The notes under the pieces: model-generated
The model's input: the letters and a program-made list of their open reading frames with translations, nothing else
Told to the model about the DNA's origin: nothing
Databases searched by the model: none
Translations under genes and position numbers: made by a program
Shown here: positions 26,972 through 41,930 of the stretch, piece by piece
Layout of the letters: the number at the start of each line of letters is the position of its first letter
How positions within the stretch are numbered: position 1 is the stretch's first letter
Source of the DNA: the human T2T-CHM13v2.0 reference genome, Homo sapiens
NCBI RefSeq assembly: GCF_009914755.1
Contig: NC_060926.1
Length of the DNA: 64,000 bases
Strand: one strand, 5' to 3'

Positions 26972-28222
26972 CTTTTTATAATTTTATTTTATTTTGGTGA
27001 AATAGAGATAACAAAATTTGTCATCTTAACCATTATTAACAGACTTTATTTTTTAGAGCAGTTTTGAGTTCACAGCAAAATTAGCAGCCAAGTACAGAGA
27101 TTTCCCATATACCCCTGCCCCCCTCCCTACCCACAGCTGCCCCATTACCACCTTTCCCCCCACCAGTGTGGTGCATTTGTTACAATCAATCCTACATTGA
27201 CACATAACTACCACCTGAAGTCCATGTTTATGTTAGGGTTCACTCTTGCTGAATCCTATGGGTTTTGACAAATGTATAATGACATGTACCCACCATTATA
27301 GGAGCATACTAAATAGTTTCACTGCCCTAAAAATCCTCTGTGCTTTGCCTATTCATCCCGTCCTCTCCCCAACCCCTAATTCTTTTACTGTCTCCCTAGT
27401 TTTACCTTGCCCAGAATATCATCTAATTGGAATCAGTAAGTACTATTTTCAGATCAGTGTCTTAGTATTTCACTTAGTATTGTACATTTAAAGTTTCTCC
27501 ATGTCTTTTCATGGTTTAATCATTTCTTTCACCTGTGGAATAACATTCCATTGCCTGGATTTACCACAATTTATTTATCCATTCACCTACTGAAGGATAT
27601 TTTGGTTGCTTCCTAATTTTAACCTCTTTTATGTGTACAATTCAGTGGCATTACTTGTATTCACAATATTGTGCAACCATCACAACTGTCTATTTCTCAA
27701 ACTATTCCATCACTTCAAAAAGGAACTCTGTTAAACATCAAGCAATAACTCCCATTCCTCCCAGCCCCTGGTGACTTACTTCCTGTCTCTATGAATTTAC
27801 TTATTATTTAATATTTCATGTTAGTGGAGTCATACAATATTTGTCCTTTTGTGTCTCACTTGTATCACTTAGCATAATGTTTTCAGGTTTGTCCATGCCG
27901 TAAATATATCAGAACTCCATTCCTTTTTACGGCTAAATAACATTTAATTGTATGTATGTACCACGTTTTGTTTATTCATCACCTCTTGATGAATACTTGG
28001 GTTGTTCCCACCTTTGGCAATTGTGAATAATGCTGTAATGAAGATTGGTATAAAAGTATTTGCTTGAGTCCCTGTTTTCAATTATTTTGGGTATATATCC
28101 AGGAGAGGAATTGCTGAGTTATATGGTAATTCTATGTTTAGCTCTTAGAGAAACCGCCAAACTTTTTTTCAGCAACTCCACTATTTTACATTCCCACCAA
28201 CAACACACAAGGGTTCCAGTTT
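26972..28222 (-). mobile_element. L1MB (MB4-like) 3' end, interrupted
   Basis: aaaatttgtcatcttaacc | gtgtacaattcagtggcatt...ttacattcccaccaacaa. Confidence 0.85.
27038..27620 (-). mobile_element. L1MC (MC1/2-like) 3' end nested in L1MB
   Basis: agactttattttttagagcagttttgagttcacagcaaaatt. Confidence 0.85.
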
Positions 28223-28479
28223 GCAGCTTCTCTTAAACCCAAGCAGAGTAGTTAGTTCAAATGAAGGTTATCTTGAAGTTACCTGGCCTATTGATTAGCT
28301 GGCATCCTTCCTCCACCCTAGACTCTATGAGATAAATTTTACTATAAGCTATTATAATTTACCACTCTCAGGCCTACAGTTCTCCATTAGTTTCCCTCAC
28401 TAAGACTTCTGTTTCTATGCTCTGGACCTCATTACTCTCCTAACATAACCTTGATTCACTCGCCGTCTGTTTTCCACCC

Positions 28480-29620
<1,141 letters not shown>

Positions 29621-31277
29621 TTCATCTAAAGAGCAACCAGTTAGCTTGGGGTGTCACTAGAAGAGGGCAGATGGCTGGCTGCCAAGTGGTTTCATAGCAC
29701 CTTGGGACATTCACCAAGGCCAGTATCTGATCTTCAGTTTAGTAGGCTGAGGCACTTAACTTTGAGCAGCACATCCTGGGCAGAACTGCCTCTCAGGAAT
29801 AAATACACATCACATCAGCTCATGGAACTGATGTGTGTGTGTGCACGTGCATCGCAGAATGCCACTAAATTAATTAATTTACAGCAACAGCTAGAACCTT
29901 CATGGATGGAAGTCTGTGCATTACATAACAGTCTCTCCCCAATGGATAGGCCTGAACCAGAAGCCAATTTAGAATCAGAATTTTTAGTGAGTGTGGAATC
30001 AAACCAAACTGCTGGCTTGATGAGTCAAAACAGGAATTTCTCTGTCACAGAGGCTGAACTGCTCATAACCTTAGGCCAAAGATCATTTCCTGTTTCTGGA
30101 CTTCGGAGTTCTGTCCTCTCTGGGTTGACCACATGTTGACTCAGTTTTACTCAGAATGGCCAACAATACAATCATCACAACATTGCCCCCCACCCTGGGA
30201 TACTAAGGAGCCTTCAAGTGCAGTTCTGCTTCCCCCAAATTCGGTGGCAGCACAGTATCTTTGGTTTATCCCCTGACCAAATTCAACCACTAAATATGTC
30301 TAAGTATACCTGCTTGATTTAACTCCCAGAAGGCAATGCTTCCTTCCCCTCACCCCCTTCCTATGTTCTTGAGAGTTACTTTACTGTTCCACAAAGCATT
30401 GGCTATTGTGCCTCTGACCACAAAGTCCACTGCACTATAAACACTTGGGTTCAGCTCTTATCTTCATGTGTGAATGGAAAACTCCATGAAGACTAGACCA
30501 AGGCCTTATACGATGGTCTATGTCACACACGGCCTAGCACACAGCAGGTGTTCAGCCAATATTATTGAGAAAAGGAGCAAACAGGGGCTGTATTAGTAAA
30601 TACTTGTGATAAATTCCTTCCAATTCTTTCTTCTCTCAGCTATATCTAACACTGGTGATGGTCTTCACATGATTTTTAAGTGTTGGTTATTCAAGAAAAT
30701 CTTCTGAATGAAGAAATAAACTAAATTAATTATCCAAAGCTTCCAGGTCTTCAGTAATTGACTATAGAGAAACAGTCCTTGCTAAGTCCCAAGGGGCCTC
30801 CTTCTGGGAGAAGCCTGAATTGAAAGGCCATTCAGGATCTGCTTCCCCACTGCCGATGGTTCTTCTGAGATGGATCTGCGACTGGGCTCCTGCCAGCTGC
30901 CCTTTGGATTTGGGTCTGACCTCCCTTGATTCAAGCACTGAACCTCAGCAGTCACAGGACAGCATGCTGAATTTTCTAGGAGGATTTGTTGTTGACCCAA
31001 ACGGTCTGAAGAGGGACCTTTGTACGTTGGGAGTGACAGATTATTTGTCCCCCAGCCATCTTTAGAAGCTTCCAAAGGAAGGGAGACAAGATAAAAGCCC
31101 AGTGTACTTCACTCAGAGCTTTGCTGCGTGGTGTTAGGTTATCCAGTGTGCTCAGGATTCATCTCCTGATTTCAGTGAGAGAAATAAAATGAATATAGGA
31201 AAGGAAAACATGATATATGTAAAACCCTTTCTAAAGCTGGCTTTAACAGCACTTAAAGTCAACTGTAGAAAACGTTC

Positions 31278-31301
31278 TGTGTGTGTGTGTGTGTGTGTGT
31301 G
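31278..31301. repeat. (TG)12 microsatellite
   Basis: Direct reading. Confidence 0.95.
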
Positions 31302-33923
31302 TTTTAATTGCAAATTGGTGTGCAAAATCTCTGTTTGCTCAGGATCTCCAGAGACTGCCTCATGATGTGTGTTCTGTGATGAGGCCATGGGACCAGGCAG
31401 TAGAACTGCGACAGGACAGCAGGGACAGAGGGGAGCTTCTCCAGCCTTTTGTTTCGCACCAAATCACAACGTACTCATCAGGGGAATCCAATGTGTTCCT
31501 TATCAAACCTTTCTATTTTCAGCGTAAATTACTGAACAATCCTCCAGATACTGATTTTTATCTGCTTGCTAGATAAATATTAGTTCCTATTGGCACATTC
31601 CTATTCAGTGCACCACTCACAAGTTATGTAAACAAAGAAACAAACAAAAAAGCAAAAAAAAAAAAATTTCACTACAACTAATAAAACAAAACAGAAAAAA
31701 TCAGCAAGAAGAGCTTCTTTCTTTTTTCTTATTGTCATAAAAGTGTAGCAGCTTAAATATATGTCCTAATACAATAAATAGCCCATTTGTATGGTTATTA
31801 TTGGTTATTTCAGTTCTCAAAATTCATACTAGAATAAATTAAATTTATTTTCTAACTCTGCTTCTCTCTTGCTGTAGGTATGTGCGTACATAGGGGCAGA
31901 GGGCATGCTAAGCAAAAGAGCAAATAAAATCTCAGCATAAGATCCCTACAAGTAGTTATATTTTTGTATTTTTGGCTCCCTATTTAAAAAATAGTTATTT
32001 GTATTTTCATTAATTCCACAAATATTTATTAAGCTCCTGTCCTATATCCCACTTAATAATGGATATATCTTTTTAAGCTAAATTTCATATCCTGAATATC
32101 TCTGAATTACTAGAAATGGGGTAACTTTTCTCATTAATTAGAAGACTTCCAATTTCCACACCTTAGGAAGAACCTTAAAGTCTTTTTGAAGGTTATATTC
32201 AATGAGTGACTGCTGGACTCCTCTATCTAACACAGAGACAGGAAGCAGGCAGACTGTGTTCGCTTCCCTACAAATTGGAAATAACACACGCTTCTATTAC
32301 TGGTCTGATAAAAAAAAATCCAAGAAAAAAGGTACTGAAGATCCAAGTCCACCTTCTGGGATAATGGTGTTAATTTCATTGAATTACTTTGCTCCACTAT
32401 ATCCTTATACCAAATTATCTAATTTGTTTCAACGGATTCATGCAAAAGAACACAAGAGCAAAAAGTCCAGTGCCTGAAAGAAATTAGACTATGTACCTAA
32501 ACAACTTGAATTCATGTCAAATAATATAACATATAATGGCATAATATGTGTATATGTATTTTCCAGAACTGATGAATGACATTAATGTACAGATGATAAT
32601 TCAGCAAGAATGACTAAAAGAATTTCATGAGTAGACACATTACCGTAAATTTCCTGAACATCAATGGGAAAGTGGAAAAGTAAAACTTAGAAGTGAAATT
32701 TGAAGCAAAATATGGGTTAATCATGAGTGATGGATGCATTGGTGTTCTATCAACTCTAGGTACTCTCATCCGAGCATGCTAAAAAGAATTCTATTTCATT
32801 GTAGATTCACTACAGTCACTTTGTTTTTTTACTTGAATCCCTGGATATTTACTATAATTGACTATAAGCTAATAGCTCTCTTGGCACAATATTTATTATC
32901 TATTAAGTGAGTTTAGAGTTTGATTTTTCACTATCAACTCAATATTTAAAAAGCAGAGATTATTTTATACTGGATACATACAACTATTTAGTCCAGTTAT
33001 TTAGAGTAGAGTTTCTCAACCTTGGCTGCGACTTATAATTATTTGCAGGGAATTTTTTGAGCCCTTCCTCTAGATTTAATTTGTCATAATGTGTGTCCAT
33101 ACATCAGATTTTTAAATAAATGTATTGAATATAACAAACATCACAATAGCAGGGTGAATTATAACAAAGTGAACATAACCCTGCTTATCAGGGTAAATAA
33201 ACCAGGGTTTGTTTACCAAGTGCTTTCTCCTCTGAATTGGAGGGGAGAACACCTCTGTGTCACTGGTGGGGCATGTGGACAGGTGGGTTTCCCAGGAGGG
33301 CACACTGACTAGAAGCAGACAGGAGGCTGGGAATCCTTACAATAGCCGAAGAAGGAGATCCTTATTCTGGCGGTAGAGGGCTTTCCTGTTTCTACTTCTG
33401 GACAAAGCTGTTTCCTTTATATTTTCCCTCTAGAGGTCTAGAGTCACCTAAATCTCCATTTCTTTTCCTTCCCAGGTCCAGGATGTTTACTAGAATCCCT
33501 TCCCAGTCTCATCAGCCACCTCTTCAACAGAGAACAGGTCTTGAATTTTATACCAAGGGCAGGAACTCTCCATGCCAGCTATATAGTAGCCTCTCTGTCC
33601 TGGGGTGGGGTGAGGGCTAGGGAAATAGCTGGACCAGCTATTCTAAAGTTAATTCTTACATATATTGGCAATTGCCTGATGATCTACTTTTTTCTTTGTC
33701 CTTGTTGACTTTGTACTTGGAGTTTCTTTGGAAGCTTCTTTGGGAGTTGAGAAAAACTGCTATTATCTCTGGTGTTTCTGGTTTTAGTTTTTCTTACTCT
33801 GATTTCTCTCTCCAAAATTTCCTTACACTTCATAGCATACCGAACTCCATTTTTTTAAATAGCAACATTATGTTGCATTATCTTCATATGGATATATCTT
33901 TTTATTATTTCTTGAAACCATGA

Positions 33924-34300
33924 TGTTATGGTCTGCATGTTTATATCCCCATAAAATGGATGGTAGTAGGAGACCGGGCCTCGGGGAGGAAACTAGGTTT
34001 AGATGAGAGCATGAAGGTGGAGTCCCAAGGGTGAAACTAGTGCTCTTATAAAAAGAGAAAGACTAGAGCTCCCTCTCTCTGCAATGTGAGGCCTCATTGA
34101 GAACACGGCCATCTGCAAAGCAGGAAGAATACTCTCACCATACATTGAATCTGCTGGCACCTTGATCTCGAACTTTCCAATCTCCAGAACTGTGAGCAAT
34201 AAACATCTGTTGTTTCCAGAACTGTGAGCAATAAACATCTGTTGTTTAAGCCCGTCAGTTTGTGGTATTGTTGTTACAGCAGCCTGAGACGACTAAGACA
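33924..34300 (+). mobile_element. MLT1A/MST-like MaLR solo LTR
   Basis: TGTTATGGTCTG...CTGCTGGCACCTTGATCT...GACTAAGACA. Confidence 0.85.
34183..34246. repeat. Perfect 32-bp tandem duplication
   Basis: (tccagaactgtgagcaataaacatctgttgtt)x2. Confidence 0.95.
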
Positions 34301-34419
34301 ACAGGTATTCGGTCCTTTTCTAGATACCTATCCCTGTTATCCTGAGTAGCCCCTTATGATCGGTTCCACCCAATTGACTGATGTAGCTATTGTTTCTGCT
34401 CATAAAGCACAGTGAAAAG

Positions 34420-34565
34420 CGGCATGACACAGTGGAAAAAATACTGGGTTTAAGGTTTTGAGGTGATGGTTCTAGTTCCCACCCTGGAATAAACTTGTTA
34501 AGAAAGTATGATCAAATCACCTCATCTTTCTGGGGCTGCTTCCTCATGTTTAAAATTGAAGGGCA
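34420..34565 (+). mobile_element. MIR
   Basis: ggcatgacacagtggaaaaaatactggg...ttctagttcc...cttcctcatgtttaaaattg. Confidence 0.55.
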
Positions 34566-35013
34566 ATTGGTTGGTATTTACCAAAATTAATAACACACTT
34601 AACTTTTGAGCCTGCAATTCCTCTCTCAAGAATTTATCTTGCAGGTATAACTGCACATGTTTGAAATGACAGATGGATAAGATTATTCACTACAGAATTA
34701 AAAGAAAGAATTCTTTGGTGTGATATTTGGAACTCACAGTTTTCAAATCAACAGAGAAATAGTGAAATAACAATGATCCATCACACAATGGAGTGCTATG
34801 AAGCTGTAAAAAAGAAGGAAGGAGCTTTTTATATACTGATAAGGAAAAATATGCAGGATATGTTATTAAACGACCAAAGACAAGGTGAAGAAGAATGTAC
34901 ATAATCATACACCTACCCTATGACCCTGTAGCAACATTCCTATGGCTTTATCCCACATGAGAATCACCTGGAGAACGTTTAACAGTATTGATGATATGGC
35001 ATCTCAAGGCAAC

Positions 35014-35351
35014 TGTCTTAGTCCGTTTTGGCTATAACAAAATACCATAAACCAGGTAACTTATAAGCAACAGAAACATCTCACAGTTCTGGAAGCTGGA
35101 AAATCCATGATCAAAGTGCCAGCCGATTTGGTATCTAGTAAGTGCCTGTTTTCTGGTTCACAAATGGTGCCTTCTTGCTCTATCCTCACATGGTGGAAAG
35201 GGAAAAGCACCTCTCTTGGAAAAAGGTCACTAAACCCTTTTGTGATGGATCTAATCAACTCCCAAAGCCTCTTCCTCTTAATGCCATCACCTTGGGAGTT
35301 AGAATTTCAATGTATGAATTTTGGGGAGACAGAAACATCCAGACCAGAGCA
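35014..35351 (-). mobile_element. MST/MLT1A-like MaLR solo LTR
   Basis: TGTCTTAGTCC...CAGACCAGAGCA with 5-bp TSD GCAAC (35009-35013 / 35352-35356). Confidence 0.9.
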
Positions 35352-35390
35352 GCAACCTGTATGCTTCAGAAATATGAACAAAAGATCAAA

Positions 35391-35505
35391 AGAAATTTGA
35401 GGAATCAAATGGATCCCAAATCACCCTAAAAATTCTAAATGTTATCAATAGAAATGTGAGGAATCAAATGGATCAAAAACAACTCTAAAAATTCTAAATA
35501 TTATC
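35391..35505. repeat. Diverged 59-bp tandem duplication
   Basis: agaaat(t/g)tgaggaatcaaatggatc...ctaaaaattctaaat(g/a)ttatc twice, ~7 mismatches in 56 nt. Confidence 0.85.
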
Positions 35506-36800
35506 CTTAGAAAGATTAGGAAGGCAATTGTACTGCAAAACAAGTCAAGAAAGAAATTTTTGGAAATTAAAATAAGATTGCTGAAATCAAAGTCATTAGA
35601 CCTCTCAAACATTATAATAGAGTTGAAAATCAAGTTATTGATCTAGAAGCTCAAGCAAAGAAATTTCCAACAACCAAAACCAAAAATGCCATAAGAAATA
35701 AAAGAGAAAGTAAAACCATAAAAAATGGGTTCAGGAAGTTAAGTAGCTGACTAAAAAAAGTTCTAAGAGATGAGAACAGATAGGAAAGAGGATGGAGGAG
35801 AGAATAATAATAATAAATAATGAAATGAAAATATCCTAGGTTTAAGAAAAATTAGATCACTCATATTGAAGTCCTCACCAAGGCTAAGTGAGTTTGATGG
35901 GGAAAAGACACATACTTAAATTTTACATACTGTTGAAATTAGTGAAAAGACAATTTAAAAAATTTCTAAGAGAGAGAAAAAAATGGGGCCACTTATAAAG
36001 GAAGGAGAATTAACAACAGATTTCCCTTCAGCAACAGTGGACACTAAAACTCAAAGAAGCAAAGATTGTCAAACAAACAAACAAACAAACAAAACCCTCT
36101 CTGGGATAATGACTATGAATTTAGAATTCCATGTTGAAACTACAATTTTTATGTAATATTTTCAATCATACAAGTTTCAGAAAGCTTGTTGCCCTCACAA
36201 GCTCTCCAAAAACATTACTCAAAAAGGCTGTCCAGCAGAACAACTGAGAAAGAAATATATTATGAGTCAGAAAGGTAGCAGCTGAATATGACTTGAAAAG
36301 GGAGAAAACTAAAAGGAAATGAAAAGAGAAGCCACTGGACCTTGATGCCTGGGGCATTATCCTATGAGTGGCTAAAGGTAAGTGTCTTAATGATATATTT
36401 AATTCTCTATAAATCCAATAGCATAACTTGGTTCTGTAGTAAATATTTATAAAAGCATAATCCCATTAATGCCTTTTTAAAGTTGGTTCAAAAGCTTTGA
36501 ATTAACCTATAGACTACACATGGAATACATAATCATAGCCCCAGAACAGCAGATAAAGGGAAGTACAGGAGACGGGAGACACAGTCTCACTAGAGTGTAG
36601 AATTTCTAAATCTGGAAGTCAATAGCTACTTGCTAAAGTTGGGGGGTGGGGGAGGAAGAGGAAAATGTAATGTAAATTGTAATGATAACCCTAGAAAAAT
36701 TACAACACAAAAACACTTGTTTATGTTTATTCCTGGGGAGAGAATTAGAGATACAGTAAGAACGACAGCTTTTCATTTTTGATTAACAAGCTCCTTTATT
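35490..36800 (+). mobile_element. HAL1 / ancient L1 ORF1-type relic
   Basis: ORF1-like A-rich sequence, then acttggttctgtagtaaatatttata resembling the HAL1 3' region. Confidence 0.55.
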
Positions 36801-37264
36801 AATAAAAGATTACTTAAATAACTCAAAGTAGAGCTATATAATGGAATACTGAGTGGTCTTTGGAAAGAATGAGATATGTCTATATATATTTTTGTGGAAG
36901 ATTATCCACAATTATATATACTTAAGGTAAAAAAAAGAATTTGCAAAATAGAGTATCATCCCTATAAAGGTAAGAAAATTCTTTATATGTCTGTGTGCAT
37001 GTATATAAGTAAATGCACTTAAAAATATCCGAAAGGAGAAGCTACAGGTTGAGGGTACAGGCGAAGAAAGGAGTCTTTCGGAATTTACTTTTCAAGCTTC
37101 TGAATTGTTTTACTGTTTGTAATAAGTAAATATAATACATAATATGTAAATATTACTTTTAAATAACTTTCATACTTTTTAATTACAAAGGTAATTTTCT
37201 TAAAAAGTAAGAAAAGCAAGTATATGAATGTATAGTGTTACTTTCTTCATTTAAAACTTTAAAT

Positions 37265-37399
37265 GGGCAGGGAGCTATGGCTCATGCCTGTAATCCCAGA
37301 ACTTTGGGAGGCTGAGGTGGGAAGATCGCTTGAGCCCAGGAGTTCGAGACTAGTCTGGAGACTGGGTAACATGGCAAGACCTCATCCCCTCAAAAACCA
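37265..37399 (+). mobile_element. FLAM-C / Alu left monomer
   Basis: Single arm; TSD aaaacttt(a/g)aatg on both sides. Confidence 0.9.
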
Positions 37400-38389
37400 C
37401 AAAACTTTGAATGTTTAAATATATTATTAAAATTAGTCTTTATTTTTTCATAGCCAAATAATGCCAGTATTATTTATTAAACTATTTCCCATGGAATGGA
37501 AACACTCTCATTTTCATATTGTAACATCCCACATGTACTTATATACGTTTCTTGGTTTGATTCTATCCCACTGCTCTATTTACTTTTTCTTGTGCAAATA
37601 GCTTTTTATAAAAAAATTATTACATTAACTTTAAAGCAAATTTCAATATATGGTACTACATGTACCACCTCATTATTCTTTTTCCCTCATACATTCTTGG
37701 GAATTCTTGCATTTATTTTTCCATATGAACTTTCAAATCATTCAATCCAGTATAAAAAACAAATCTATTGAAATGTTCTGGGATTAGATGAAACATGCAG
37801 TTTTAAGGTTAAAAAAAAAAAAACTTGAAAAAAAAACAGAGGCTATATGGTTAGATCAGCAGAGGTCAATCGCCACCACTGGAAGGACAATGCAAAGTAG
37901 GTCTCGTACTGATGGTATGAAGAACAAAAGCAATGACTGGGAGAGTCTTGTCTTCTTACATACAATCCTCAGTAACAGAAAACAAGTATGCTTGTAAACT
38001 TTCTCACAGGCCATGACGAAACATGAGTATTTACAGACAGCAGTGTTCACTGACCAGGGTCATTATAAACTGAACAAACAAACTTCGGTGAAGAGCAGGC
38101 ATTTCTTCGGCTGCTCTGAAGGGGTGGTGAGAGGCAAGGCCACGTAGTCAAGAGTGAGGGCTGACTGCCCCAGGACTGTTGGTGTGAAGACGTAATTGAC
38201 AGTCATAAATTAAATCTATTTATGTCACTGCAAAATGGATGACCAGGTCACTGAGGCACTGCAGCTACAAAGAGAGAGAAAAGGCTCTGACAGTGAGGAG
38301 TGTGCAGCTCTTTGAAGGAACTGTAATCCTGGGTGCAGAGGAGCCACGGCAGCACAGGGGGCTGGCTCCACACGCACTGGCGCTGTGGC

Positions 38390-38590
38390 AAGAAAATACG
38401 GTTCAGATCCCTGTTCTCCCATTTTCTAGTTATAGGATCTTGGGGTCTCTGAGCTTCAGTTCCTTTATCTGTAAAACATAGATAAATGCTTCTGAGTAGA
38501 GCTGTTGTGAACATTAAACCAGATACAAAGCCCCTTGGACAAAGCCTGACACATTGGAGTCTCTCAAGAGATGCTAGATATTAATGATAA
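38390..38590 (+). mobile_element. MIR
   Basis: ggttcagatccc...tctctgagcttcagttcctttatctgtaaaa...gttgtgaacattaaa. Confidence 0.7.
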
Positions 38591-38739
38591 TCCAAAATGC
38601 AAAACAGATGGAAATAGGGCAGAGAAGGTAGTATTTAAGAGTGCCTGCAGTAGAAGAAAGTGTGTAAATGTGAAACTGAAGGACGCATGCAGGGCATTAT
38701 TAAATACTTTTGTATTGTGAAATTAAAAGTTGCCAGAGG

Positions 38740-39109
<370 letters not shown>

Positions 39110-39789
39110 CTAGGTCATGAAATCATGATTTTATATTATAGAAGTTTGTTTTTTTTTAATGGAGCAAAATAATAAGATTCATGTTTTATAAAGACCCTCC
39201 TGACAACAATATGGAGGATGTACTGGAGGAATTTGGAGGTAGGGCTGTGTGGTAAAACTGTAGGCAGGAGGATCATTTTATTTTATTTTTTAAGTCACAA
39301 TGGAAGAGATATGATGTACGTAGGGAAAAAAACTAATTTAGAAAAAGACTATGTTTAATAGCTACAGAAGAGACACAAACTATGGGAGTTAAAGAATCGC
39401 CCTTGCTAGGCTCAGCCTCGCTTTCTTACCTTTCTTCTCTCTCGGCAAACCTAAAACTGATAAAGCTTTAAACTTCCCCAGGCTGAGTAACCTTGTTAGC
39501 AAGTGGGATAATGCCTGTAAGTTTGCAGGATTTAGATGCAGCAGGTAGATATGAAAGTGTAGTGTGCTTTGAGTATTCTGTCTTTATTGAATTTGCAGAC
39601 CTACAATAGCAATGGCGGGAGCATGGCTATTTTTGCTTCAAAGTCAGTTGCTTGATTCAGTAGAAAGAGCACAGGCTACAGACAGTCAGACTGGGAGTTG
39701 AATGCTAGCAGCTCCACTTATGCTATAAGTAGGTAAATTAATTTCTCTCAGAAAGTCAGTCTCATCTGTTAGTGTCTCTCTCATGAAAT

Positions 39790-40470
39790 TCACTAGTAGA
39801 AGTAGACAGAACAACAATAAACAAATACATATTAAAGAATGCTACTGATGGTAAAGAGCAAAGTGAGCAAGAGGATAGAAACTAACTGAGAACTGCTTTT
39901 TATTTAAGGTGGTCAAGAAAGGAATCCGTGAGAAGGTCATATTTAAACACACACTTGCAGAAAGTGAGAAAATAAGCTTTGAACACATTTTGGAAAAAGA
40001 GAATTCCATGCCTAGAAAACAGCAAATGCAAATGCCCTACAGCAGAAGAAAGCTGGGCTTGGGGGAAGGAAAATCAAGGAAGTATGTGTGGTTGGAGCGG
40101 AGCCTGGGCAGGGCAGCGTGAAGACTCACCCAGTAAGCATGGGCAAGCGTCCAGGCCAGGATCTTCTCTAACTGACCAGAGCAACAGGAAGCTGTCCTGG
40201 GCAGAAGAGAGGCACCATCTAACTGGCTTGAAGATCCCTAAGACTGCAGTGTTGAGTGCAGACTGTAGGGGACAGTGGGAGGAGAGATCTTCCAATAGTT
40301 AAGGAATTCCTGCAATGATTCCAGTTGAACAACGAAGAAGGCCCAGTCCAGGCTAGTAGGTGGAAGAGGTGTTCAGTGGTTATATTCTAGATAACGTTTA
40401 GAAGGTGGTGCTGATAGCATGTGCCGATGGATTGCCAAGGTGTGATCTTTGCTCAAGAGATTTTGGCTGG
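39790..40470 (-). mobile_element. L2 fragment
   Basis: ggtggtcaagaaagg...gagaaggtcatattt...cagcaaatgcaaatgccct. Confidence 0.7.
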
Positions 40471-41309
40471 TCTTGTAAGAATAAAACAAAGTAAATAAAG
40501 TGCCTACAATTACTCAAAAACATCAGTTCTTTCCACCTTCCTTTGAGGTTCTTTGGCCTCTGTAGCTCAGGCCTCTGCAAGTGCTCAACATATGCAAAAT
40601 CTGGTCAAGAGTGGCACTGGGTGATTTTTCAGCCATTGCTTATTGCCTGCTGTGTCCTTGTCTACTTGTTTTCTGGGTGAACAAAAACAAAAAGGTTAAG
40701 TACCACATTATTTTATATCTATTGCCAGGGCAAGCAAAGGCAAAAAGTGCTTGAGACAAGATATTTTCTTTCCCACAACAAGACTGAGGAGATTTACTGT
40801 AGGGTTTCACATTAAAGCAAAGCTAAGCAACACAAACAGACAAGCAAGCAAGCAAGCAAGCAGACAAACAAACTGGGTCCATTTCTCAAAGCTCAAAGCC
40901 CTCATCCAAGGAACTTTAATGAAGCCTTGAAAAGCAAACAGCAGTGGCAGAGGATTTAGTTCCAGGAGGGGGAAATTTTAAAAAAATTCATTGAAGATTA
41001 TACATACTGGAATATGAATGAAAAATCATGGTTGAGTGTATTTAGCAGAATACTTGGCATTTGAGGGGAAAAAATCAGCCCATTTGGCTCAAACCTATCC
41101 CTGAAATCTAGTTCTCAATGATTACGCCATGAGGACACTCTTCTCTGAGTGAAGTTTTTATGTTAAGCCAACTGTGAGGGGAGCAGTCTTGGTTCTTCCT
41201 AAAGCCCTGCTTTCCCAAGTTCTATCTCCATGTGGAACCCTGGCCCTAGTCTTTTCTAGGGTGGGCATCTCACAGGCCCCCTGGCTTTACTTCATAAAAG
41301 GAAACTGAC

Positions 41310-41510
41310 ATTTATTGGGCCTCGCCTCCTGCCAGGACCCTGGTACTCAATGGAATTGTCACAGTACCATTGCAGGTGGAGTATCATTATTTCCGCTTCT
41401 CAGAGGTGGTGCTGGAGAGAAGCTCACCCACTCGCCCACACCTCACAGCTGTTACTTCATGACAGCAGGGTGCAGCTGAGCTGCCACGGATTCCAGGCTT
41501 TTTGGCCTCC
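41310..41510 (-). mobile_element. MIR
   Basis: catttattgggcc...tatcattatttccgcttctcagagg. Confidence 0.5.
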
Positions 41511-41614
41511 CCTAGCCTTCCTCCCAGCACATTTTCCATTGCTGACTGGTATTTGACACTGACTTCCCCCGGATTATTTCACCATTGCTCCTAAACCATT
41601 CGGGTCATAATTTC

Positions 41615-41930
41615 TTTTTTTTTTTTTTTTTAACTTTTAAGTTCAGAGGTACATGTGCAGGTTTGTTACATAGATACATTTGTGTCATGGGGATTTATTG
41701 TACAGATTATTTCATCACCCAGGTATTAAGCCTAGCATCCATTAGTTATTTTTCCTGATCCTCTTCCTCCTCCTACCCTCCACTTTCTGAAAGGCCTCAG
41801 TGTGTGTTGTTCCCCTCTATGTGTCCATGTGTTCTCATCATTTAGTTCCCACTTATAAGTGAAAGCATGTGGTATTTGGTTTTCTGTTCCTGTGTTAGTT
41901 CCAGCTCCATCCATGTCCATGCAAAGGCAT
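41615..41930 (-). mobile_element. Short L1PA (PA8-PA13-like) 3' end
   Basis: Poly(T), AACTTTTAAGTTCAGAGGTACATGTGCAGG; TSD gtcat(aa/gg)tttct. Confidence 0.92.

Noticed and set aside
33148-33194. Alternative hairpins AGCAGGGT/ACCCTGCT/CAGGGT
   Set aside because: Stems are too short for a pre-miRNA or MITE call.
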